IMG/VR virus record: IMGVR_UViG_3300014527_000045
Span: 1-16,698 of that record
Strand: one strand, 5' to 3'
From: a virus
Lineage: Duplodnaviria > Heunggongvirae > Uroviricota > Caudoviricetes
DNA: 16,698 nt
Positions 1-6,783 of this stretch are shown here, one piece after another. The notes under the pieces were generated by a model. It was not told the DNA's origin and made no database searches. It was given only the letters and a program-made list of their open reading frames with translations. The stretch's first letter is position 1, and every line of letters starts with the position of its first letter. Made by a program: the position numbers and the translations under genes.

Positions 1-789
1 GGGACCGGCAAGTTTAACAAGGGGGGCAACGAAGCCGACTTAAACCCTAACGTCGCCAACCGCAACAAAGGCCCGCGCCGTCAGCCGGAAAAGAATGTTT
101 TCACCGATGAACAGATTGAGAAGCTGGAAGAAATCTTCCATTCCTCCATGTTCAACTACCAGCGCCACTGGTGGGAAGCCGGAAAAACCAACCGCATCCG
201 CAACCTGCTGAAGTCACGCCAGATCGGCGCGACCTTCTATTTTGCCCGTGAAGCCCTGATTGACGCCCTGCTAACCGGACGTAACCAGATTTTCCTTTCC
301 GCCAGTAAGGCACAGGCCCACGTCTTTAAACAGTACATCATCGACTTCGCCAAAGAAGTGGAGGTGGAGCTGAAAGGCGATCCGATGGTGCTTCCCAACG
401 GGGCCACTCTTTACTTCCTCGGCACCAATGCCCGCACGGCCCAGAGTTACCACGGCAACCTGTATCTGGATGAATATTTCTGGATACCGAAATTCCAGGA
501 GCTGCGCAAAGTGGCTTCCGGTATGGCTATTCACAAAAAATGGCGACAAACCTATTTTTCCACGCCATCCAGCCTGACCCACAGTGCTTATCCGTTCTGG
601 TCCGGTGCGCTGTTCAACCGTGGACGCAACAAAGCCGACAAGGTGGACATCGACCTGTCCCATAGCAATCTGGCCCCCGGCCTGCTGTGCGCAGACGGGC
701 AATACCGCCAGATAGTCACCGTGGAAGATGCGGTGCGCGGCGGCTGTAACGCATGGAGTACAGCCCGGACGAATACCAGAACCTGCTGA
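1..789 (+). CDS. Phage terminase large (ATPase) subunit, P2 gpP-like, upstream segment. The frame is open from base 1, so the gene starts upstream of the window; this frame stops at 787-789
   Basis: Frame 1 is open from position 1 ([18 protein letters not shown]...), so the listed ORF at 148 is internal. The position immediately upstream of the portal gene and the size match the P2 gpP terminase. The assignment is from memory of P2 gene order, not a search. Confidence 0.75.
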   Translation, partial: GTGKFNKGGNEADLNPNVANRNKGPRRQPEKNVFTDEQIEKLEEIFHSSMFNYQRHWWEAGKTNRIRNLLKSRQIGATFYFAREALIDALLTGRNQIFLSASKAQAHVFKQYIIDFAKEVEVELKGDPMVLPNGATLYFLGTNARTAQSYHGNLYLDEYFWIPKFQELRKVASGMAIHKKWRQTYFSTPSSLTHSAYPFWSGALFNRGRNKADKVDIDLSHSNLAPGLLCADGQYRQIVTVEDAVRGGCNAWSTARTNTRTC

Positions 790-1463
790 TGTGCGAGTTC
801 GTGGACGATCTCGCGTCCGTGTTCCCGCTCAGCGAGCTGCAGGCGTGCATGGTGGACAGCTGGGAAGTCTGGACCGACTTTCATGCACTGGCCCTGCGCC
901 CGTTTGGCTGGCGCGAGGTGTGGATCGGTTATGACCCGGCAAAAGGTACGCAAAACGGCGACAGCGCCGGATGCGTGGTGGTGGCACCGCCAGCCGTGCC
1001 GGGCGGTAAGTTCCGCATTCTTGAGCGTCACCAGTGGCGCGGGATGGACTTCCGCGCCCAGGCTGACGCCATCAAAAAACTGACCGAACAGTACAACGTG
1101 ACCTATATCGGCATCGACTCGACGGGTGTCGGTCACGGGGTTTATGAAAACGTGAAAGCGTTTTTTCCAGCCGTCCGGGAGTTTGTCTACAACCCCAACG
1201 TTAAAAACGCCCTGGTACTCAAGGCCTACGACATTATCAGTCACCGTCGTCTGGAGTTTGACGCCGGACACACCGACATAGCGCAGTCATTTATGGCAAT
1301 CCGTCGCGCAACCACCGCCAGCGGCAACCGCCCGACCTATGAAGCAAGCCGCAGTGAAGAAGCCAGCCATGCCGATCTGGCCTGGGCAACAATGCACGCA
1401 CTGTTTAACGAACCGCTGCAGGGCGAGTCCGCCAATACCAGCAATATTGTGGAGATTTTTTGA
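753..1463 (+). CDS. Phage terminase large subunit, downstream segment in a different frame (continuation of the same gene after a frame break)
   Basis: The 236-aa ORF overlaps the upstream segment by about 40-60 nt in another frame. Its stop TGA at 1461-1463 overlaps the portal start ATG at 1463 (ATGA-type coupling). Together the two segments approach the expected size of a P2-type large terminase. Confidence 0.75.
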   Translation: MEYSPDEYQNLLMCEFVDDLASVFPLSELQACMVDSWEVWTDFHALALRPFGWREVWIGYDPAKGTQNGDSAGCVVVAPPAVPGGKFRILERHQWRGMDFRAQADAIKKLTEQYNVTYIGIDSTGVGHGVYENVKAFFPAVREFVYNPNVKNALVLKAYDIISHRRLEFDAGHTDIAQSFMAIRRATTASGNRPTYEASRSEEASHADLAWATMHALFNEPLQGESANTSNIVEIF

Positions 1464-2497
1464 TGGGAAAGAGTAAAAAAAAACGCGCTGCGGCGACGAA
1501 CCAGATCCAGCATAAAAGCCAAGCTTCAGCCGAAGCATTCAGCTTCGGTGATCCCATTCCAGTACTTGACCGCCGCGAACTGCTGGACTATGTGGAATGC
1601 GTACAGACAGATCGCTGGTATGAGCCTCCCGTCAGCTTTGACGGACTGGCGCGCACCTTCCGCGCTGCCGTGCATCACAGTTCACCAATTGCAGTGAAAT
1701 GCAACATTCTGACCAGCACCTACATCCCTCACCCGCTTCTCAGCCAGCAGGCTTTTTCGCGTTTTGTGCTGGACTATCTGGTATTTGGTAACGCCTACTT
1801 GGAGAAACGCACGAACCGATTCGGTGAAGTTATCGCCCTTGAGCCTGCGCTGGCAAAATACACCCGACGCGGGTTAGACCTGGATACCTACTGGTTTGTA
1901 CAATACGGTATGACAACCCAGCCGTATCAGTTCGCGAAAGGCAGCATTTTTCATCTGATGGAACCGGACATCAACCAGGAGATCTACGGCCTGCCCGGTT
2001 ATCTTTCTGCCATTCCGTCAGCCCTGCTCAACGAGTCCGCCACGCTGTTCCGCCGCAAGTATTACATTAACGGCAGTCATGCAGGCTTCATCATGTATAT
2101 GACTGACGCCGCGCAGAACCAGGAGGATGTGAACAACCTCCGCAACGCGATGAAAAGCGCCAAAGGACCGGGCAACTTCCGTAACTTGTTTATGTACTCG
2201 CCTAACGGCAAAAAGGACGGGCTTCAGATCATCCCGTTGTCAGAAGTTGCAGCGAAGGATGAATTTCTGAATATCAAGAACGTGAGCCGGGACCGGGACG
2301 CCATGATGGCGGCACACCGTGTGCCGCCGCAAATGATGGGGATTATGCCGAATAATGTTGGGGGGTTTGGGGATGTGGAGAAAGCTAGTAAGGTTTTTGT
2401 GACAAATGAATTAGTACCTCTACAAAAAAAAATCCATGAATTTAATCAGTGGATAGGGATGCATATTATCAATTTCTCAGAATATAATATAGATTAA
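1463..2497 (+). CDS. Phage portal (capsid portal) protein, P2 gpQ-like
   Basis: ATG at 1463 gives [14 protein letters not shown]..., 344 aa, the length I recall for P2 gpQ. The ORF track starts 3 nt earlier at a TTG. It is coupled to the terminase stop. The last ~30 codons are markedly AT-rich, unlike the rest of the gene. Confidence 0.85.
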   Translation: MGKSKKKRAAATNQIQHKSQASAEAFSFGDPIPVLDRRELLDYVECVQTDRWYEPPVSFDGLARTFRAAVHHSSPIAVKCNILTSTYIPHPLLSQQAFSRFVLDYLVFGNAYLEKRTNRFGEVIALEPALAKYTRRGLDLDTYWFVQYGMTTQPYQFAKGSIFHLMEPDINQEIYGLPGYLSAIPSALLNESATLFRRKYYINGSHAGFIMYMTDAAQNQEDVNNLRNAMKSAKGPGNFRNLFMYSPNGKKDGLQIIPLSEVAAKDEFLNIKNVSRDRDAMMAAHRVPPQMMGIMPNNVGGFGDVEKASKVFVTNELVPLQKKIHEFNQWIGMHIINFSEYNID

Positions 2498-2520
2498 TTA
2501 TATATACATCCCTCTAACCT

Positions 2521-3204
2521 TTAAGGCATTCTATTCTCAAAAACATGCTTTATCGCAGTGGTAAAGCATCTATCTTTTACATTCTTTTTAAACTCATCAA
2601 AGACCATAGATCTAACATCTTCAATTTCACATCCTGATTCAATAAGCTGAGATGCACATCCGACCAGTTCCTTTATTAATGTCATGCTTAATTCTATTGC
2701 ACGTCTTCTTTCCGCCTTGACTCCTCCTGAGGACGGGTTTAAGTTAAATACTCTTAACGTAACCTCTGCCATTTTGTGTTCTTTCTCATTCAAGCCTTCT
2801 CTAATATGAACATCACCATTTTCCAAAAAATGGAAAAAAACATCTGGATTTTGTCTATCAGCTTTAATTAAATCATCATCGTTATATTTTTGCTTATCCT
2901 TATAAAACCCACACCTTTGCGGCTCACCACATGAGCCAAACAAATTAGACCACTCGAAAGTTAAATTTTTGTAATAACTTTTCCTGTAAAAATGTTCAAT
3001 ATGCCTCTCAACTTTATTTTTGCCACCACTTTTATGATGCTCTATTTTTTTCTCGCAATAAGCACATAATTTACCTTGCATTTTTATTATTTCTTCCCAT
3101 ATTTCTTTTTTATCATTTGATGATAGGGAATTCCAATCATCCCTCCTATAGTCAAATTTATTAAGAACGGAAGGCCCTGGCATTTGCCTAGATAGATATT
3201 TCAT
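2521..3204 (-). CDS. HNH-family nuclease (PtuB-like effector of the retron/Septu-type cassette)
   Basis: 227 aa with CAYCEKK...HIEHF...W.NL..SCGEPQRC, an HNH-type Cys/His arrangement. Its start at 3204 overlaps the ATPase stop at 3201-3203. AT-rich. Confidence 0.75.
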   Translation of the reverse strand: MKYLSRQMPGPSVLNKFDYRRDDWNSLSSNDKKEIWEEIIKMQGKLCAYCEKKIEHHKSGGKNKVERHIEHFYRKSYYKNLTFEWSNLFGSCGEPQRCGFYKDKQKYNDDDLIKADRQNPDVFFHFLENGDVHIREGLNEKEHKMAEVTLRVFNLNPSSGGVKAERRRAIELSMTLIKELVGCASQLIESGCEIEDVRSMVFDEFKKNVKDRCFTTAIKHVFENRMP

Positions 3205-4586
3205 TTTACATCCTTACTTCCAGAAAAGTGCTGATTTATCTTATTTTTGAACTCCAAAACAGATATAAGATCATCACACTCTTGAACTAAAGGATGGTCT
3301 AATCCGAAATGTTTAATAACTTTTTCTCTTAACAAAAGAGCCTCGTCACTGCTATAACGATTAAGCTCAACCAATTTTTTATATTCTTCAAGCCAACCAT
3401 TTTCTTTAGTAGAGGGTATAGGATCAGTTCTCATTCCATATAAAAGTGCATCCTGATTACTAACACCTTTTATTTGATAGTCGGGGTGAGACACTATCAA
3501 ATCATTAACACCATCTACTTCCACTTCCTGTAGAATACGCACTGAACGAGAGCTAACAGTGGATAAAACCTGTGGGCTATGGGTAGTAATTACAAATTGA
3601 ACATTTGGGAATGTAGATGTCAAACGCTCAATAATTGTCTGTTGCCATTGCGGATGCAAATGCAAATCAATTTCATCAATTAAAACAATCCCATATCCCA
3701 ATAGAGGATTAGATAAATTTGGATTAAGTAAAATTAAACGTCGAGCCAAATCACCAACTAAAGTAAATATAGTTTTCTCACCTTGAGACAACTGTTGAAT
3801 ATCTAATTCAACCTCTCCTTTTTTAAGGATAATCTTATAATCATCATCACCATAAACAAGCTTAATCCACTGAAATTCAGGCAAGAACTTTAGAATGGTA
3901 TTTATAACACTATCATAAAGTGATACTGCATTATTAAACTTATGTTCTCCTGATTGCAGAGATTTCATGTAGTTCAATTTTTCTTTAAGCGAAAGCTCTA
4001 AACCTTTTATAACTGTTGAATCAATATTATCAATCGCAGATAGTTGAGTTAATGTTGCTTTCAAACTCTGAATATCTGAAAATAACGCATTGATTGTCGT
4101 TTGTGACTCACTCAATTTCTCTTGTGAAGCTCTGTTATGAAGAAATACAAGCCATTGAAAAAAATCGGTAAAATCATTTCTGTCAAACTCGATTTCATCA
4201 TACACATCGAATTTTGACCATACAGTTTTAGTTTTAGCATTTTTTCTTTTCCTATCAACCCCACCGCCTATATAAGAACGCGCAATAGAATAATATGCCA
4301 TCAAAGGCAAGCTTGCATTATCAACATATTTATTCACAAGTCTATAAATACTTGCAAGTTTTTTTATCTCCAACAATTCATTATTTCTAGAATAATATGC
4401 CCCCTCTTTCGCTTTAGTAATCAAAATACTGGTATTAAAGTCCTTGAGTTTTATATTTGCATCAATTGATGCATACTCAACATCAACAGAGTTATTAACT
4501 TCATGGCTTTTAATATAAGTACCAGGCTTACTCTCCTTTTCAATATTTGATCTCAACCAACTCAAAACAATTGCTATTGCATCCAA
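3201..4586 (-). CDS. ABC-type (AAA_15/AAA_21-like, PtuA/OLD-like) ATPase; the N-terminal Walker A region is disrupted upstream of the annotated start
   Basis: Contains LSQGEKT (ABC signature-like), IVLIDEIDLHLHPQWQ (Walker B/D-loop) and VITTHSP (H-loop). The ORF as listed starts at a TTG and lacks a P-loop. Immediately upstream, in the same frame, the DNA reads VYMILNG-TAA-DGFGKSTILDAI, a Walker A motif GxxxxGKST with the stop at the first x (minus-strand codon at 4611-4613). Confidence 0.8.
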   Translation of the reverse strand: MDAIAIVLSWLRSNIEKESKPGTYIKSHEVNNSVDVEYASIDANIKLKDFNTSILITKAKEGAYYSRNNELLEIKKLASIYRLVNKYVDNASLPLMAYYSIARSYIGGGVDRKRKNAKTKTVWSKFDVYDEIEFDRNDFTDFFQWLVFLHNRASQEKLSESQTTINALFSDIQSLKATLTQLSAIDNIDSTVIKGLELSLKEKLNYMKSLQSGEHKFNNAVSLYDSVINTILKFLPEFQWIKLVYGDDDYKIILKKGEVELDIQQLSQGEKTIFTLVGDLARRLILLNPNLSNPLLGYGIVLIDEIDLHLHPQWQQTIIERLTSTFPNVQFVITTHSPQVLSTVSSRSVRILQEVEVDGVNDLIVSHPDYQIKGVSNQDALLYGMRTDPIPSTKENGWLEEYKKLVELNRYSSDEALLLREKVIKHFGLDHPLVQECDDLISVLEFKNKINQHFSGSKDVK

Positions 4587-4596
4587 AATAGTGCTT

Positions 4597-4785
4597 TTAC
4601 CGAATCCGTCTTATCCGTTTAAAATCATGTATACCTATTTTATTTAAATGAAACTTACTCTCATTTAAAGTAGATATTAGCTTTTGAAGCTCAACAGACT
4701 CCTTCAAATAATCCTCGTTTATCACATGTGATTCCAACTCTAAAAAATCAACATAGCAAGTCTCTAAATTCATTTTATTTATCAT
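4597..4785 (-). CDS. Short ORF coupled to the RT stop; probably the displaced N-terminal segment of the ATPase gene rather than an independent protein
   Basis: Its ATG overlaps the RT stop (TAATG). The 62-aa product ends ...KFHLNKIGIHDFKRIRRIR, which resembles the N-terminal strand of ABC ATPases, but it is in a different frame from the Walker A segment and overlaps it on the DNA. Confidence 0.4.
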   Translation of the reverse strand: MINKMNLETCYVDFLELESHVINEDYLKESVELQKLISTLNESKFHLNKIGIHDFKRIRRIR

Positions 4786-5720
4786 TATTTGTTTCCTTCC
4801 ATCAGGAACTTAGTTATTAACTCACAACCATATTTTTTTTGTAACCTTAATAAAAAATCACCCTCCAAATAATTTGCAAACGCAATCATCCCTTTGGTTT
4901 TATTTATTTCTTCGGAAGATAAGAGTCCCAAAGAATATTTATGAATCTTTGCAAACAGCATCCTTTTACGATCGCGACCAATTGATAAATTGCCCTGAGG
5001 TGTAAGTGTTACACCAGTCACGTGCCGATTATGAGCCATCGATGTAAAAATTGTTTTAGATTCATTGATTGATAGACCGGGAACATGGAGCGACAACATT
5101 TTTTTTACCACCTTAGGAACCCTGCACAATATATCCTTAATATTAGTTGAAAAAGTTATATCATCTGCATACCTTGAATAAGTGATACCATTGTTACGGC
5201 ACCAATCATCAAGACTCTTGTCAAAGTCATACATAACAAAATTACTAATAAATGGTGAGCTTGGCGCCCCTACACTTAATATCAACGTTGTACTTCTCTT
5301 TTTTCCCGGACGCCAAAAAAGCAAATTACGTAGGGTGTTCTCATCAAATGAATCCAATTTCAGCCCTGTGTTCTCAAGTTTCGAGAAAAATATATCAGGT
5401 TTAATTTTGTTAAAGAAGTTCTGAAAATCCATTTTAAGAATATAATTATTATCTTTATGCAACAATGCATTATCTTTAATACTTTTTTTATATTCATATG
5501 CCATTGCCTTATGATGAACAGGCAGCTTTGGCTGTAGCAAAGATACTATAAATCTCTGTACGTTTTTTAGTTCCTTTGTCGGCTGAGCTATCACCCGAAA
5601 ACCTGCGCCACGTTTAGGAATATAATAAACTTTATATTTTTTGGGGGCCTCATTTAAAAGTAATTGGAAAGCTAATCTATTATAATTAAACTTACTGATA
5701 ATTTTAGAAGTTAGTTGCAT
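4785..5720 (-). CDS. Retron-type reverse transcriptase
   Basis: 311 aa with YYIPKRGAGFRVIAQP (RT motifs 1/2), ILKMDFQNFF (motif A), GAPSSP, YSRYADDITF (YxDD catalytic motif), SINESKT (motif D) and HNRHVTGVTL (the VTG triplet typical of retron RTs). It is collinear with my recollection of the Ec86 RT. AGAGGGG lies 7 nt upstream of the ATG. Confidence 0.9.
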   Translation of the reverse strand: MQLTSKIISKFNYNRLAFQLLLNEAPKKYKVYYIPKRGAGFRVIAQPTKELKNVQRFIVSLLQPKLPVHHKAMAYEYKKSIKDNALLHKDNNYILKMDFQNFFNKIKPDIFFSKLENTGLKLDSFDENTLRNLLFWRPGKKRSTTLILSVGAPSSPFISNFVMYDFDKSLDDWCRNNGITYSRYADDITFSTNIKDILCRVPKVVKKMLSLHVPGLSINESKTIFTSMAHNRHVTGVTLTPQGNLSIGRDRKRMLFAKIHKYSLGLLSSEEINKTKGMIAFANYLEGDFLLRLQKKYGCELITKFLMEGNK

Positions 5721-5739
5721 ATAACCCCTCTTAAAACCA

Positions 5740-5950
5740 AAGCGCCATGCAACTTTACATAGCGCTTTGACTCTTCACTAAAGACAGCGAAAGACACAGA
5801 TTTCTCCTTCGCATATCTGCCCCGGGCAGGGATGCGAAGGAGAAATCTGTGTCTTTCGCAACCCTAAACCGGACAATAAATTTAAGCCTGGCTAATCACC
5901 CGGCTGGAACCAATGTTCCTACACTAAAGAGCGTAATGATTTTAATGAAC
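5740..5950 (-). ncRNA. Candidate retron msr/msd non-coding RNA region, including a long msd-like hairpin (5787-5859)
   Basis: Directly upstream of the RT on the same strand. Perfect 28-nt inverted repeat (5787-5814 pairs with 5832-5859) around a 17-nt, partly self-complementary loop. I could not find the a1/a2 inverted repeats by eye, so the boundaries are provisional. Confidence 0.45.
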
Positions 5951-5965
5951 AAATAGATATAAGGC

Positions 5966-5984
5966 AAGGCGCGCGCTCGTATCC
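5966..5984 (-). other. Putative cos (cohesive end) site of a P2/186-family phage
   Basis: The minus strand reads GGCGTGGCGGGGA at 5984-5972, matching the first 13 nt of the 19-nt 186/P2 cohesive end as I recall it (GGCGTGGCGGGGAAAGCAT / GGCGAGGCGGGGAAAGCAC). The downstream 6 nt diverge. Orientation and position (between the right-end genes and the portal 3' end) fit. Confidence 0.45.
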
Positions 5985-6033
5985 CCGCCACGCCTGCCCG
6001 CTTTATGTAGTGGTTTTCATGCACCTGCATGAT

Positions 6034-6063
6034 CTACGCAAAAGCCCGCCAGTTCTGGCGGGC
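6034..6063 (-). terminator. Putative intrinsic terminator of the tum/dinI transcript
   Basis: GC stem gcccgcc / ggcgggc (6044-6050 and 6057-6063) with a 6-nt loop, followed on the minus strand by TTTTG. Confidence 0.45.
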
Positions 6064-6198
6064 CTTAGCAAAAACGATCCTCAAACGATCATGCGATCTC
6101 ATGCGGCATAGACATGCACTACAGAGCTAACGCCTCGCAAGGGCTCGTTGTTCAACCTTGCTGACGCCAGAAACAAGTTCAGACGCCAGCAACGTTTC

Positions 6199-6432
6199 TT
6201 AATGCAGCCAGCTGTCGTCTTCCCACACCTTCTGCATAATTTTCATCACTTGTTTTCTTTCTTCGTCCAGTTGCAGTCCGGTCAGTTCCACACCGTTAGA
6301 GCTACCTTTGCGGATACGAATTACCGTTTTGGGATACAGGGGGCGCAGATTGCGGTAAAGCTCGGATTCAAGGGCGTCCAGTGTAGACTGGCTAATCTTC
6401 TGCTCTTTATCGATCATTATTTCAATGCGCAT
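6199..6432 (-). CDS. dinI: DinI-family protein (phage 186 orf97-like)
   Basis: From the internal ATG at 6432 the product is MRIEIMIDKEQ...KVWEDDSWLH (77 aa), collinear with E. coli DinI as I recall it (MRIEVTIAKT...ETWESADDWF). GAGGTGA lies upstream of this ATG. The ORF track extends further upstream, but that overlaps the preceding gene. Confidence 0.75.
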   Translation of the reverse strand: MRIEIMIDKEQKISQSTLDALESELYRNLRPLYPKTVIRIRKGSSNGVELTGLQLDEERKQVMKIMQKVWEDDSWLH

Positions 6433-6442
6433 AAAAGTCACC

Positions 6443-6631
6443 TCAGCTGATGACATCCATTGAGCGGTTGTATTCGTGGGTTCTGATTTTTGCCATGAGT
6501 TCATCTGTCAGTTCAGAAACCCACTGCAGGGCCAGCCCCTTCTCTTCATCACTACACTCACTAGCCGCTACAAGCTTAAGAAAAAAATCAATGCGCTGGA
6601 GCTTCAAAGACTCCAAAAAATAGTCCTGCAT
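6443..6631 (-). CDS. tum: Tum-like SOS-inducible antirepressor candidate (small protein upstream of dinI-like gene)
   Basis: 62-aa ORF with AGGAGG 5 nt before the ATG, immediately downstream of LexA-box-like sequence and followed by the DinI-like gene. This mirrors the phage 186 SOS operon (tum, then orf97) located between gene A and cos. The protein itself is not recognised by sequence. Confidence 0.5.
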   Translation of the reverse strand: MQDYFLESLKLQRIDFFLKLVAASECSDEEKGLALQWVSELTDELMAKIRTHEYNRSMDVIS

Positions 6632-6656
6632 CTTTCCTCCTATGACACCAAAGCAA

Positions 6657-6715
6657 TACTGTATATATAACCACTGTTTATGTTTACAGTATATAATAAT
6701 CTTACTGATGTAAAA
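6657..6715 (-). promoter_or_regulatory. LexA (SOS) box overlapping a candidate promoter for the tum/dinI operon
   Basis: Perfect CTGT-N8-ACAG at 6674-6689 (cactgtttatgtttacagta), plus an adjacent half-site CTGTATATATAA at 6659-6670. On the minus strand, TTTACA (-35-like) and TATACT (-10-like) are spaced so that the box overlaps the -10. Confidence 0.6.
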
Positions 6716-6783
6716 CGTTTTTTTACGCTCATCAGCCTGATATGCCTGGTATTATTAAGAGCACGAATTGTTAACCCGCGTAA

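Noticed and set aside
271-1271. Minus-strand ORFs (271-702, 588-1271) and plus-strand ORFs (728-934, 883-1083) overlapping the terminase gene
   Set aside because: Embedded in the terminase coding region; GC-rich DNA generates long spurious off-frame ORFs.
4597-4640. Reading ...KIGIHDFKRI in the short coupled ORF as the true N-terminal strand of the ATPase
   Set aside because: It overlaps, in a different frame, the DNA that encodes the hydrophobic strand and P-loop of the ATPase frame. Both cannot be in one polypeptide, and the spacing to GKST would be far too short. Left as unresolved rather than asserted.
5182-5424. 80-aa plus-strand ORF inside the RT gene
   Set aside because: Antisense to the RT coding frame, which has clear catalytic motifs.
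5720-5960. Retron a1/a2 inverted repeats flanking msr/msd
   Set aside because: I searched by eye for complementary segments of 7 nt or more between the 5' and 3' flanks of the hairpin and found none (only 6-mers and one 9-bp direct repeat), so no a1/a2 call is made.
6148-6450. 100-aa plus-strand ORF overlapping the DinI-like gene
   Set aside because: Antisense to the DinI-like frame, which has a ribosome-binding site and recognisable similarity.
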